This document shows positions 35,498 to 47,716 of a stretch of DNA of 47,716 nt, piece by piece. The DNA is taken from assembly GCF_001194135.2 (NCBI RefSeq), contig NC_068993.1:16806541-16854256 (forward strand). The letters are read 5' to 3'. Below the pieces are notes generated by a model, which made no database searches, was not told the DNA's origin, and saw only the letters and a list, made by a program, of their open reading frames with translations. Positions within the stretch are counted from its first letter, which is position 1. Each line of letters begins with the position of its first letter. The translations under genes were made by a program, and so were the position numbers. This stretch comes from Octopus bimaculoides. Lineage: Eukaryota.

Positions 35498-35928
35498 TTC
35501 TTTTATCCTTTTATTTGTTTCAGTCATTTGACTGCGGCCATGCTGGAGCACTACCTTAAAGGGGTTTTTTTCATTAAAGAAATCAACCCCAGAATTTGCT
35601 CTTTTGTGAGTGTAGCACTTATTCTATCGGTCTCTTTTCCCAAACCACTAAGTTACAGGGACATAAACACACCGATATCAGCTGTCATGCGATGATGGTG
35701 GGGGAGGGGGGACAAACACAGACACAAAGACACACTCACATAAATATATACATAGATATATACATATATACCACAGGCTTCTTTCAGTTTCCACCTACCA
35801 AATCCACTCCTAAAGCTTTGGTCGGCCCAAGGCTATAGTGGGAGATACTAGCCCAAGGTGCCATGCTGTGGGACTGAACCCGGAACCATGTGGTTGAGAA
35901 GCAAGCATCTTACCACACAACCATGCCT

Positions 35929-35929
<1 letters not shown>
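35498..35929 (-). mobile_element. SINE family A, full length
   Basis: Reverse complement of the 16580-16980 consensus. Confidence 0.88.
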
Positions 35930-35993
<64 letters not shown>

Positions 35994-36019
35994 TATATAC
36001 TATATTTGTAAATAATAAA

Positions 36020-36365
36020 TCGTTACCAGCATTGCCTCTAGCACTTGTGCTGGTGGCACGTTAGAAAATCATTCGAGCGAGGTCGTTGCCAGTGCCGCTG
36101 GACTGGCTCCCGTGCAGGTGGCACGTAAAAGACACCTTTTTGAGCCTGGCCGTTGCCAGTACCGTGTGACTGGCCCTCGTGCCGGTGGCATGTAAAGGCA
36201 CCCACTATACACTCGGAGTGGTTGGCGTTAGGAAGGGCATCCAGCTGTAGAAATTCTGCCAGATCAGATTGGAGCCTGGTGTAGCCATCTGGCTTGCCAG
36301 TCCTCAGTCAAATCATCCAACCCATGCTAGCATGGAAAGCAGACCTCAAACGATGATGATGATGA
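36020..36365 (+). mobile_element. Family C element (RTE-type tail) with three 5' repeat units
   Basis: gtgc(a/c)ggtggcacgtaaaa units, then ggttggcgttaggaagggcatccagctgtag...aaacgatgatgatgatg. Confidence 0.88.
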
Positions 36366-37060
36366 AGGGATTACTGCTACAATTATTTCATTTAAAGTCT
36401 TTATTGTAATGCAATAATAAGCTATGTAGTATGCACAACATACATAAAATTATGTAATATGTTATGCAGCTCTCAATCTGTATAATTAGTAAGCTTGATG
36501 AGTTAAGAGTTGCATAATGCATTACATAATCTTATGGAAGTTGTGCATACTACACACCTAATTGTATCATGTTTACATCACAATAAAGAACTCTAAATGA
36601 AACAATTGTAGCAGTACCAGATAACCCATTCATCTGTTTTTATTATGTTTTTACTCCACACTTATGGCTCCATTCATCTTTGGATACTATTGCAATTGTG
36701 GATTACCAAACATCAGTTAATGTTCCTTCAGCAATGCACTCCATGCTACAATAATGGATTGCTTACTTAACTGTCTGATTTGCATCATTCTATCTAGCAA
36801 TTAATTGTGGTGTTTCACTTTGATACGCCTTGATCCTTAATGGATCCCCTTTTCATAAAATCTAGATAATATGTATATCATCATTATCATCATCATCATC
36901 ATCATCATCATTCTAATAGATACTTTACCATACTTGCATTAGTTGGACAGAATTTGTTGAGGCTGATTTTTCTATGACTGAAGGACACAGCTTGCATGAC
37001 AATGACACTTGCTTACAACTATCATGCAAAGTCGAAGCAAGGAGACAGTAATGCACACAA

Positions 37061-37091
<31 letters not shown>

Positions 37092-40046
37092 ATGCACACA
37101 CGCATACATGCGCATACACACACACACACACACACACACATACACACAAAGGCTTTGGTCAGCTTGAGGCTATAGTTGAAGACATTTGCTCATGGTACCA
37201 CACAGTGAGATTGAACCCAAAGCCATGTGGTTGGCAAGCAATATCTGAATGTGAGTAGCCATGTAGCTCCTCCACAACAAGAACCTGCTCTATCTCCTCT
37301 TGTATTTTAACATCTCATCCCCTTGCATGAAGCTGACATTCCATTCTCAGGATTCGTAATTTTGCAAGCTACGTGATGGTCTCACTTATGCTGGTGTTAC
37401 AATAAACGCACTCAATACTTATTGTAAAGTGGTCAGCATTAGGAAAGGTATCCAGCCATAGAAACCATACTAAAGCAGACACTGGAGCATGATGCAGTTC
37501 TTGGTTTGATTGAATTCTGCGAAACCATCCAGTCCATGCCAGCATGGAGTTAGGATGTTAACAACAAGAACCACACAGTCACGTATGTGTGTCTACATGT
37601 GAATGTGTGTTTACATCTCAGTGTGGTTTGATATAGTGAGCAATAAAATAAATATTGGTGTTGATATGATTGACTAAAAACCCTTTAAGGCACTGCTCCA
37701 GTATGGCTGCAGTCCAGTGGCTGATACAAGTAAAAGAATAAAACAATTTCAAAATTGCCATTTGTTTGAAATATAATAATTATTTAATGTGAAGAGAATC
37801 AAAAAGTTAACTACAAATGAATAAGCAGCAAAGAGTCAAAAATGATATGTCAATGATTATTTTGCATAACAACAATTGTACAAGCATATACATTTCCTCT
37901 GTGATTCTTTCATCACTAATCCACTAAGTATTATTAAGGTTATATTTCATTGATGAGGTTAGAACAAGATGAAAACATGTCTAAATTTGCCTTCCATACT
38001 TGCCAGGAAAATGGAAATAAGATTAGTTATTGACTACTATTGGATTTTCCTCAGCATATATTTCTGGTTTGTTTGTTTTTTATGCTCTGTGTATTGAATT
38101 TGTTAGTACTAATTTTTTTAACTATTTTTTTTTAATATATTTTATTTAATCTGTTATCTATTTGCAAAGAGATTTACTATGATTTCTCTTTCTTTTTTTT
38201 CTTTGTTTTGTTTAATCTATTGTGCAAATAATACAGAATGTGTCTGAATGTTTGAGATGAGTTTGTGTTAATATGATTGTAATTTTTCCAACTATTCACT
38301 TCATCTTTAAAGATGAAATATTTTTCTTCTAATATTTGCTGCATCAACACAATACTTCAGTCGGCTTGATCTGCAGTCATCATGTGTTTCAGTCCTAGAT
38401 ATATACATATAATTGGATCTGGATTTAAACTAATTAAGAAATTAAGATAACTATTTCAAACCCAGTCCAGTGCTACATATATATCCAGGAATAAGACATC
38501 ACTAATATATTGCCATTACTATCATCATCATTTAGCATCTGTTGTCCATGCTGGCATGGCTTGGATTGTTTGATCAGGGTTGGCAAGCTGGATGGCTGCA
38601 CCAGACTCCAGTCTGATTTGGCATGGTTTCTATGGTTGGATGCCCTTTCTAATGCCAACCACTCTGAGAGTGTAATAGGTGCTTTTACATACCACTGGCA
38701 TGGGTGCCATTTGCATGACATCGGTATCTGCCTCAACTGTGATTTTACTAGGTTTGATGGGTCTTCCTCTCAAGCACAACATGAAATAAAGTGTCTTATT
38801 CAAGAACACAGCACACAGCCCAGTTCAGGAATCAAACTCACAACCTCATGATTGTGAGCCTGACTCTCTAGCCACAGCCACACACCTTGGGAGAGGGACA
38901 TATATTTATCCCTCTGATTGGTCAACATAAGTTCATGGCTTTTTTAATGTTTTGCTGTGTAATTTACTTCTTATATTATTCTTTTGTTCTCTGTTATTTG
39001 ACTGTCTTCAGTCATTGGATTGTGGCTAAGATGGAGCACCACCTTGAAATGTTTAGTCTGACAAATCAACCACAATACTTTTTTCTTTTTTTTGTTAAAC
39101 ATGGTACTTATTCTATCAGTCTCTTATGCCAAACCACTAAGTTACAGGATCGTAAACAAACCAGCATAGTCTATCAAGTAAAGGTGAAGACCAACACAAT
39201 TACAAAGACACACACACATGCTTACATGTATACATATATATATGAGATGGGCTTCCACACAATTTCTGTCTGCCAGATTCACTCACAAGGCATTGGTCAG
39301 CCTAGAGTTATAATAAAAGACGCTTGTCCAAAGTGCCATATGGTGGAATTGAACCTGAAACTACATGGTTACGAAGTGAGCTTCTTGACCACTGACACCA
39401 GTACCTGTTTTAGACTGTTGGTTATTTTATCAAATCACCAAGTTTCACTTTTTGGCCCAACACCAGTTTTAAACAGTTTTTAGTCAATATCTAATTTTAT
39501 TTTCATTTTTCTGGCAAGGATAAGTATTTGCTAAAGTACTCTTTCCCTTATGTCCTTTGAAAATAAAGTACCAGTCAAGTACTTGGGTTGATCTAATCGA
39601 CTAACTCCCTCCCAGTAAAATTGCTAGTCTGGTGCCAAAATTTAGAACCATTTTTCATATAGATGATATTTTTGACTCAGTGAATTTCTAACCAATTTTA
39701 TGAACATAGACACAGATATATGTACTGACATGCACATTCACATACACACACACACATACACACTGGGTTTCTAAACCAATTCCGTCAACTCAGAAGCTCA
39801 ACCTAAGTCTGTGGTAGGAATCACTTACCCATGGTTCCGTTCAGTGAGTCTGAATCCTGTGGTAGTGTGATTAAGGGAATTTGCTTTGGAACAGGAAATC
39901 GAATTCCTTAATGACATGGTCATGTAGTTATTTAATTTGTTGTTTTTGTGTGTGATGAGATGAGAGATAAGTGTTTGCTATAACATTTGCTAAAATACTC
40001 CTATAATTTTTGTTCTGTACTTTATTTCAAAGACCATCCTCTAACT

Positions 40047-40350
40047 CAGTACTTTTCAAACTATCTGATGTGGCATACTGGCAGGTTTTTTTTATCCAAT
40101 GTGCCAAGGGCCGGTAATATTTCTTAGTAATATTAATTTATACCAGAAACAATATATATAATGAATATAATAAAAATTGGTGAGTACCATGCTCCACCGG
40201 CCAGCTGATAAGTCGTTTACTGCAGTGCATAAGGCGAAATTACTGAAATTATGCTATTGTTTCTTTCTTTTCTGGAAACTCGCTGTGTACTAGCAGCTGA
40301 TGGCTTGCAGACTGGCACCGGTCTGCGGACCACCACTTTGAGTAGCACTG
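40047..40350. mobile_element. hAT (Charlie-like) non-autonomous element
   Basis: Ends cagtacttttcaaa / tttgagtagcactg, with 8-bp flanks ctctaact / ccctgact (6/8 identical). Confidence 0.7.
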
Positions 40351-41299
40351 CCCTGACTAACATCTTCATGAGAGTCAATATCTTTGGTTGGAGTTATCAC
40401 AAATATAGTCATTGTCATTTTAATCAGGATTATTTACACGGTCACTCAACTTGCTATAAACAGTTACCAAAATATCCCTCAACTCACTACCACCTTACAG
40501 ACAGCCTTAAAAAAGTAAGGAACACATTGGATAATGTAGATGTTAGTGTTAAATACCTTAATCAAATAGTTCAGTTCACAGTATGGATAAGTCTGCTTGA
40601 CTGGAGCTGATCTGGGATTAAATGATATGAAGATTATCATTATTATTTAAATGTTCTTTTTAATATTCGGGAGGATTAGACACAATTGATCTATGCTACA
40701 ACAGTTTGTTATATGTTTCATTTTAAATATGTTGGAAGATTGAACAGGGATGAGCTGTGTGTGCTACAACAGCTTGTTATAGGTTCTATGTATTATGTTT
40801 TCATCATCATCATCATTTAACGTCTTTGTTCCATGCTGGTATGGGTTGGACAGTCTAGCACAATCCGATAAGTCCAAGGATTGCATCTTGCTCCAGTGTC
40901 TCTTCTATGGTTTGATGCCCTTTCTAATGCCAACCACTTTCCAATGCTTGCTGGGTGCTTTTTTTGGAGCCACCAGTATTAATGGGGTCTCCATGCAATT
41001 TGCAAGTCTATAAGCTTCAAGTGGGGAAAGGAAACTTTATGGATGGGAGAATAAGGAGTAGAAACTGGTGAAACAAATATCTCAAAGGATTTCATTCAAA
41101 GTTTTTCCTCGCTGATATTTATCTATGTTACCAGTTTACATCAGCAAAAGAAGTACATACATGCACACCTATATCCATATAAGATATGCTTCTGCAAAGT
41201 TTCAGCTATCAAATTCCACTGACAAATATTGGTCAACCAAAACTTGTTGCAGAAAATATTTGTGTAAGATTCCACACTGTGAAATTGAACCAGAAAGTA

Positions 41300-41750
41300 T
41301 TCATGCCCCACAGTGCTTACTTAAGCCATTCATTCGCTTTGGATCATCAGCTGTCTTTTCTTTTTGTTCTCAATTCTAGGCTGTCTCTTCTGCTTCTCTC
41401 CTGTTGGATCACTGTTACTTCAGCTCTGCCTCTGTATTCCACTTCTAGTTATTCCCTTTGAATTTGATGCACTTCATCATATGCTTTCCTGAGGAAAGGT
41501 GTTCCTCTCTCAGGTCTAGCAATTTTTGAATTTTCATTGATGCTTCTGTAACTATTTTTCTTGGTAGGGATATTGGCACTGTACAAACTCATTTTTACCT
41601 CTGTGAAGAGTTAGACCATATTAATCTGGCCTCTATCCTTTGACCTGCCCAGCATAGAAGACCCTACCATGAGCTTGCATTCCACTAGCATAGCTCTCAG
41701 GGACATTGGAGCACACAGCATAAACACTGCAACAAGGTTTGGATCTCATG
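41300..41750 (-). mobile_element. RTE LINE 5' UTR fragment, decayed
   Basis: Minus strand accttgttgcagtg...gtgctccaatgtccctgagagctatgc...ggtagggtcttctatgctgggcaggtcaaaggatagaggccagat matches the conserved RTE (Rex3/BovB-type) 5' leader pattern as I recall it. Confidence 0.6.
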
Positions 41751-42059
41751 ATGGATGCTTCATAATAGATAACATTATATTTGAAACCCAATACTAATGT
41801 TCAACTACACTATGACCATACTATCTCTGAGTTTTACTCTGTTACTAGCTACTTCTGTTTCCTGCAGTCTACTGCTTTAATTATTTGGCCACCTTACATG
41901 TGAGCCTCTACATGGTTACTTGGTGTGCTAGAAACAACAACCATTTTTTTTTATCCTACCACAACCCACTAAGTTAAGAAAATGCATCATGTCATCTAGT
42001 TATACAGTCTCTGAAATAATAATAAGAAATTAAAGATGTCATGCTCATATCACATTCAT

Positions 42060-42300
42060 CAGAGGTTTTACTCAGTGCTAACCTAGGGTTTTCCTGCCAA
42101 CTTGTGCAACATTTTCCCCCAAAATACATTATCCAATAATAACTATTTGTTATCCAGAAAATACCTCAGCCCCGATCAGCTGCTGATCCTTTATGTAACT
42201 AATTTTTAGACCCACAATGGAGTACTGCCCCCAAATGTGGGATGATACTGCTGCAACATACACAAATGTTGGCAATTGCTGATTTATTTACAGTATCATT
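42060..42300 (+). mobile_element. Decayed CR1/L2-group RT C-terminal fragment
   Basis: KYLSPDQLLILY...RPTMEYCPQMW resembles the KYF..EQLL.LY...RP.MEYC..IW motif. Confidence 0.55.
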
Positions 42301-43639
42301 ACTTGTCTGTCTTAATTTATATGCTTCTTCAAGTTATTTTAGCTTCAGGGCACATTTGCAATTCTTCATAATTCTCGGTTTAGTTTTTGTTACACAGAAC
42401 TCCCTGAGGTCTTTAGATAACATGGAATTAAAATCTTCATTTTCAGTTCAACTTCCATTATCCGTTCATTCAATCATTCCTCCGCTAAACTAAAGCCACT
42501 GGAATACCGAAGGATCCTTAGATAGAGATCAATTTTAATACAGTTGATTCACAAGTTAATGTGCAGTTAACTCTGCTATCTTTCATATTCACATTTCATT
42601 CATACATGCTCAGCTAACTCATAAATATGTTACACTTTTCAGAAATCTTCATTTTACTGATGTTTATACAGTCAACCAATTTAATCATTGCTCCATCTTT
42701 CTATCGTTCTCTCCACATTTTGCTTACAAGAGCTTTGTTAAACTGCACTGGAAAATTAATATATATGGAACAGTATTGTAGACAGTGGGGCAAAGGAAAC
42801 TATCATGAAGTTTGTTGTGAGAAATATTTCACTTCCTCCTAAGAGTGGTGTACAATGTACTTCTATGTCCAGGCTAATGTTAGATCATGAAGCTTGAGTA
42901 ATATTGTAAATTGTCCACCAAGCTATATCACTGGAACATATTCTAGCAACTAATGTGGGGTAGTCATGTATCTATTTCCTCTTTAGCAAGACACCTGCAC
43001 TTGTCTCTCTGTCATGCTTTACAATCTCAGCACCTGACATAAAAACCATCTCTCCCTTCCTTATACTTCCTCACACACACACAATTAGTCATATGTTCTT
43101 TTCTCTTTTCTGTTCTTGTCTGTCTTGCAACATGGTGATCTCACTAGTGCTGGTGGCATGAAAATAAAAAAAGCACCCAGTACACATTGTAAGATGGTTT
43201 GTGTTAGGAATGGCATCCAGTTGTAGAAAAAACATGCCAAAACTGACACTAGTGCTCAGCGCAGACCTGCAGCTTGCCAGATCCTCCTGTCAAATAGTCT
43301 ACAGAGCAAGTTATGTAAAATAATGTCATCATTATCAACATCATCATCATCAGAATTGTTATCATTTGCATTGCCATGCTGACATGGAACTGAACATATT
43401 GAAGTAGTGTTTTACAGCTGGACACCCATTCTGGTGCCAACCCTTATAGTCACCTCTTATTATATACAAGGATGAAGTGTACTTAATCTAAAAATTGTGA
43501 CACAGTAATAAATCTGTGTGTATCATACAGAATGGCACAGTTCAATGCAGCATGTAGCAGAGACACATTGTGTGTGTGTGTGTGTGTGTTTCCAGGCTAA
43601 GTGAAAATTCCTCATTGGCTGACGTTTTCATGGAGTATT

Positions 43640-43716
<77 letters not shown>

Positions 43717-44420
43717 AAGAGCAGCTTTTAGTGTTATAGCCAATGCTTACACTGTAAAAATCAAACTGAATTGGAGTACACAAAGCCTATATCTACCATA
43801 ATTTTCTGCTGTCTCATAAAAATGAGATTTGTTATTTACTTTCATTTATACGTCTCTGGTATTTATTTCATGCTTTGCATTCATACAAGAAGTATAACAT
43901 ATAACACTTTTCATCATTTTATGTCCACTTTCCATACTGGCATGAGTTGAATGTATCAGTCTGAGACAGTTTTATCAGAGTTACTGCCCAATCAGACTGA
44001 TTAGAGAACCATATCTTGCTTGTAGGTTTTATTTTTGGCTTGGATTCTATGACTAGTTCATCCCCCTAACACCAAACACTTTATAGAATGTACAAGGTAC
44101 ACTTTAGCATTGAACCAGAAAGGTTGTCATATTTTCAACAAAACTGAGAAGTCCTCTCATCCCTACATTGTCTTCACTGATTCACCAACCTCTTTACAGA
44201 GTTTACTGGGTGCATTTTATCGGAGTGTCAATTGTAATGAGTTTACCTTGTACCCTGTGAAACCAAAATCTCATCACTACTCTATACTGTATACATTTTC
44301 TCAAGACAACATGATGAGAGAGTTGAATAGACGAGTGAGTCATAAGAAAAAAAATCAGGATGAATGGGGGGAAAGAGCTTAGGATATAATGGCAGAAGTG
44401 TAGGAGGAAAGAGACAGTGA

Positions 44421-44609
44421 TCATCATCATCATCATCATCATCGTTTAATGTCCGCTTTCCATGCTAGCATGGGTTGGACGATTTGACTGAGGACTGGTG
44501 AAACCGGATGGCAACACCAGGCTCCAATCTAATTTGGCAGAGTTTCTACAGCTGGATGCCCTTCCTAACGCCAACCACTCAGAGAGTGTAGTGGGTGCTT
44601 TTACATGTC
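44421..44609 (-). mobile_element. Family C / RTE 3' terminus abutting the assembly gap
   Basis: Young copy ending in (GAT)n on the minus strand; cut by Ns at 44610. Confidence 0.85.
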
Positions 44610-45410
44610 NNNNNNNNNNNNNNNNNNNNNNNNNNNNNNNNNNNNNNNNNNNNNNNNNNNNNNNNNNNNNNNNNNNNNNNNNNNNNNNNNNNNNNNNNNN
44701 NNNNNNNNNNNNNNNNNNNNNNNNNNNNNNNNNNNNNNNNNNNNNNNNNNNNNNNNNNNNNNNNNNNNNNNNNNNNNNNNNNNNNNNNNNNNNNNNNNNN
44801 NNNNNNNNNNNNNNNNNNNNNNNNNNNNNNNNNNNNNNNNNNNNNNNNNNNNNNNNNNNNNNNNNNNNNNNNNNNNNNNNNNNNNNNNNNNNNNNNNNNN
44901 NNNNNNNNNNNNNNNNNNNNNNNNNNNNNNNNNNNNNNNNNNNNNNNNNNNNNNNNNNNNNNNNNNNNNNNNNNNNNNNNNNNNNNNNNNNNNNNNNNNN
45001 NNNNNNNNNNNNNNNNNNNNNNNNNNNNNNNNNNNNNNNNNNNNNNNNNNNNNNNNNNNNNNNNNNNNNNNNNNNNNNNNNNNNNNNNNNNNNNNNNNNN
45101 NNNNNNNNNNNNNNNNNNNNNNNNNNNNNNNNNNNNNNNNNNNNNNNNNNNNNNNNNNNNNNNNNNNNNNNNNNNNNNNNNNNNNNNNNNNNNNNNNNNN
45201 NNNNNNNNNNNNNNNNNNNNNNNNNNNNNNNNNNNNNNNNNNNNNNNNNNNNNNNNNNNNNNNNNNNNNNNNNNNNNNNNNNNNNNNNNNNNNNNNNNNN
45301 NNNNNNNNNNNNNNNNNNNNNNNNNNNNNNNNNNNNNNNNNNNNNNNNNNNNNNNNNNNNNNNNNNNNNNNNNNNNNNNNNNNNNNNNNNNNNNNNNNNN
45401 NNNNNNNNNT
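44610..45410. other. Assembly gap (801 N)
   Basis: Run of N. Confidence 1.
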
Positions 45411-45772
45411 ATTCTTATTCTAGCAGCTACACTTTCAGCGCACCCACCCCCACTACTAACTTGGTCGCCCAGATAGCGGAAGCTATCGACTACCTCTAGT
45501 TTTTCACCCTGGAATGAGATAGAAGTTGTTTCCTGTTTGTTTACAGTCTTTATTGCACCTGAACATCTGCCACAAACAAAAACCAACTTGCTAGTTAACC
45601 TGCCTTTGATGTTGCTGCACCTCTTATGTGTCCATAGCTTGCACCGGGTACATCTTATAGAGTTACTACCTACTCCTTTTCTACATACTGAGCAGGGCCA
45701 TCTACCTGAAGGGGTTTGTGTTTTATCTACCTTCCTACTTATTAGGATTTTGGTTTTAGCTAGGTTGACTCT
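45411..45772 (-). mobile_element. RTE LINE ORF2 segment (RT C-terminal region with PHD-type finger), stop-free, 5'-truncated
   Basis: RVNLAKTKILISRKVDKTQTPSGRWPCSVCRKGVGSNSIRCTRCKLWTHKRCSNIKGRLTSKLVFVCGRCSGAIKT...LEVVDSFRYLGDQVSSGGGCAESVAARIR. The N..KTK and F.YLG...RI motifs are typical of RTE RTs. Confidence 0.9.
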
Positions 45773-46149
45773 ATAATAAAAAGTAGTGATGGATGTCAGT
45801 AATTAATGAGTGGCCCAGGGAAGAAGCAGTTGACTGGTAGTACTGAAAGGGTGAGGGTAGAATATACTGGGTACAAACTCAACTGAAGCAACCTACTAAA
45901 CACAAGCCTTCTGATGGGCAAGAAATAAGGATGGTGGGGAGCGGAAGATTAAATAAGGATAGGTCCAGTACTATCCCTTACTACATTGGCAACATGATAA
46001 TAAATGGAACAGAGGGTGAGAAATAAAGATGAGAGGATATCAGAAAAACCAGGATAGTAGCAAATGTATACCTAACAGGAACATATTGCATGAGAGACTC
46101 AAATGTAAGCATTTATTATACTATTCAGCCTCTATCACTATTACCATTT

Positions 46150-46460
46150 TTAATAATTCATATGCTATGCTTTCATAAGTAGGTAGGGCTTCTTCAGCAC
46201 TGCATGCCACCAATCATCCCAGTTCTTTGTCATCTCTGTGAGGTTCAATATTCTCAGATCAACCTTCCCTACTTTGATCCATGATTGCCTGGCTTTACTT
46301 TCTGCCATAAGTTAATTGCACTTTGCTCTGCACTTCTTTCATCCTCCAAACAATATATGCCTATTCCAGCACAGTCTTCTCTTTTGCACTTCTTTCATCC
46401 TCCAAACAATATATGCCCATTCCAGCACAGTCTTCTCTTTTGCACACCACATCTGATTGC
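46150..46460 (-). mobile_element. Older RTE ORF2 C-terminal fragment with a 56-bp tandem duplication
   Basis: VQKRRLCWNGHI (twice)...SWIKVGKVDLRILNLTEMTKNWDDWWHAV corresponds to the RRLRW.GH...W...V..DL..L.L....DR..W motif. Duplication at 46330-46385 / 46386-46441. Confidence 0.75.
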
Positions 46461-46719
46461 CCTTTATTAGGAAGGGCATCCAGCTGTAAAAACCATTCCA
46501 AAGAAGACTTTGCCAGTGATGGTGCCGTGTGAAAAGCACCTGGTTCACTCTGTAAAGCAGTTGGCATTAGGAAGGGCATCCAGCCATGGCAATCATGCCA
46601 GAACAGACAGTGGTGTTTGGTGCAGTCCTCAAGCTTGCCAGCTCCCATCAAATCATCCAACCCATATCAGAATAGAAGATGGATGTTAAATGATGATGCT
46701 AATGTGTGTGTGTGTGATA

Positions 46720-47058
46720 ATTGTTTTAGTATCTACTTTTTTTGATTTTGTTAAGGCAGATTTTCTATGGGAGAATCCCCTTCCTGTTGCCAACCCTCAC
46801 TTGTTTCTCGGCTAAGTGAAATCCCCATTGGCTGACATGTTTTCATGGAGCATTAAAAACAAACAACACTTTGTATAGTGATACTCATTTATAATTTTCA
46901 GACATATTTGTGATGGGCTTCTTTTAGTTTCCATCAACCAAATCCACTCAGAAGGCTTTAACCAATTTCGGGCTCTTAGAACACTTACCTAAAATACTAC
47001 ACTGTGGGACTGAACCTGAAATCATATGATTGGGAAACAAACATTTTACCACATAGTT
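46720..47058 (-). mobile_element. Composite SINE (family A head plus RTE-type 3' half), decayed
   Basis: Same architecture as 25548-25935 in reverse orientation. Confidence 0.55.
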
Positions 47059-47134
47059 ATGTTTGTGCTATCATCACCATGTGTGTGTGTGTTTGTGTTG
47101 GACAGGCATGGCTGTCAGGTTAAGAAGTTCATTC

Positions 47135-47716
47135 TAGATCTGCATTCAACCATTCATCGACACCTGCGTGCCATCTTTGCTGTCACATCTCGTGAATGAA
47201 ACTTTTTTTGGACCGAATAGTGACTGGTGACGAGAAATGGGTTCTCTATAAAAACGTCAAGCACTAAAGACAGTGGGTAGGGAAAGGAGAAAACTCCGAC
47301 CGCCCCCCTCCCCACCACGCTAAAGAAGGTCTTCACCTATGTAAGGTGTTGTTATCTGATTGGTAGCATATGAAAGGTTTAATCCACTTTGAAATTTTAA
47401 ACCCAAACCAAACGATAACAAAGAAAATCTACTGTGAGCAGCTTGAGCGGCTTAAATCAACACTAGAAGAAAAACAACCATCTTTGGTTTCAAGACAAAA
47501 GGTGTTCTTCCATCAGGATAATGCTCAGCCACATACAGTGAGGATGACATTCCAAAGGCTGGAACAGTTTGAAAGGGAAATAATTCCCCCACCCACCATA
47601 TTCGCCGGACATTGTCCCATCAGATTATTATTTATTCCACAGTCTTCAAAATCACTTGGATGGAAAAAATATGAATTCTGTAGATGAGGTCAGAACATTA
47701 CTGGAGGAGTATTTTT
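47135..47716 (+). pseudogene. Mariner DD34D transposase pseudogene, running off the window end
   Basis: STIHRHLRAI / FLDRIVTGDEKWVLY (D at 47229), HQDNAQPH (D at 47517) and PYSPDIVPSDYYLF (D at 47623). The 106 nt between D2 and D3 equals D34D spacing plus a 1-nt insertion. In-frame stops are present. Confidence 0.92.

Noticed and set aside
41350-41590. Minus-strand 80-codon frame with one stop (MSLYSANIPTKK...)
   Set aside because: It lies directly downstream of the RTE 5' leader motif, so it is best explained as part of that LINE fragment rather than a host gene.
44498-45586. Long ORFs of 272-335 aa in the track
   Set aside because: They are artefacts of translating the 801-N gap. Only 45411-45772 (minus) is real coding-like sequence, and it is retrotransposon.

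Overview
AT-rich, CpG-poor, microsatellite-laden animal genomic DNA. The SINE/LINE repertoire looks like that of an octopus (coleoid cephalopod); this is recognition from memory, not a database search. I find no confidently supported host protein-coding gene. Most ORFs in the supplied track are artefacts of microsatellites, the N gap (44610-45410) or antisense reading of transposons. The window is a dense patchwork of mobile elements: (i) a stack of three restriction-like-endonuclease retrotransposon pieces (HERO, then R4/Dong-like, then a second R4-like 3' end) at 1-3334; (ii) RTE LINE pieces, including a stop-free RT segment carrying a PHD-type finger, plus many RTE-type 3' tails; (iii) decayed CR1/L2-like LINEs; (iv) a Penelope-like remnant ending in a degenerate hammerhead ribozyme; (v) two mariner relics; (vi) hAT-like and piggyBac-like MITEs, including a three-level nest; (vii) several SINE families, which I label A-E and H for convenience; (viii) two minisatellites with higher-order structure. 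A few splice-signal-flanked segments (22854-22918 minus; 34056-34089 and up to 35026 plus) may be host exons but are unproven. Repeat boundaries are approximate unless a TSD or TIR is quoted.
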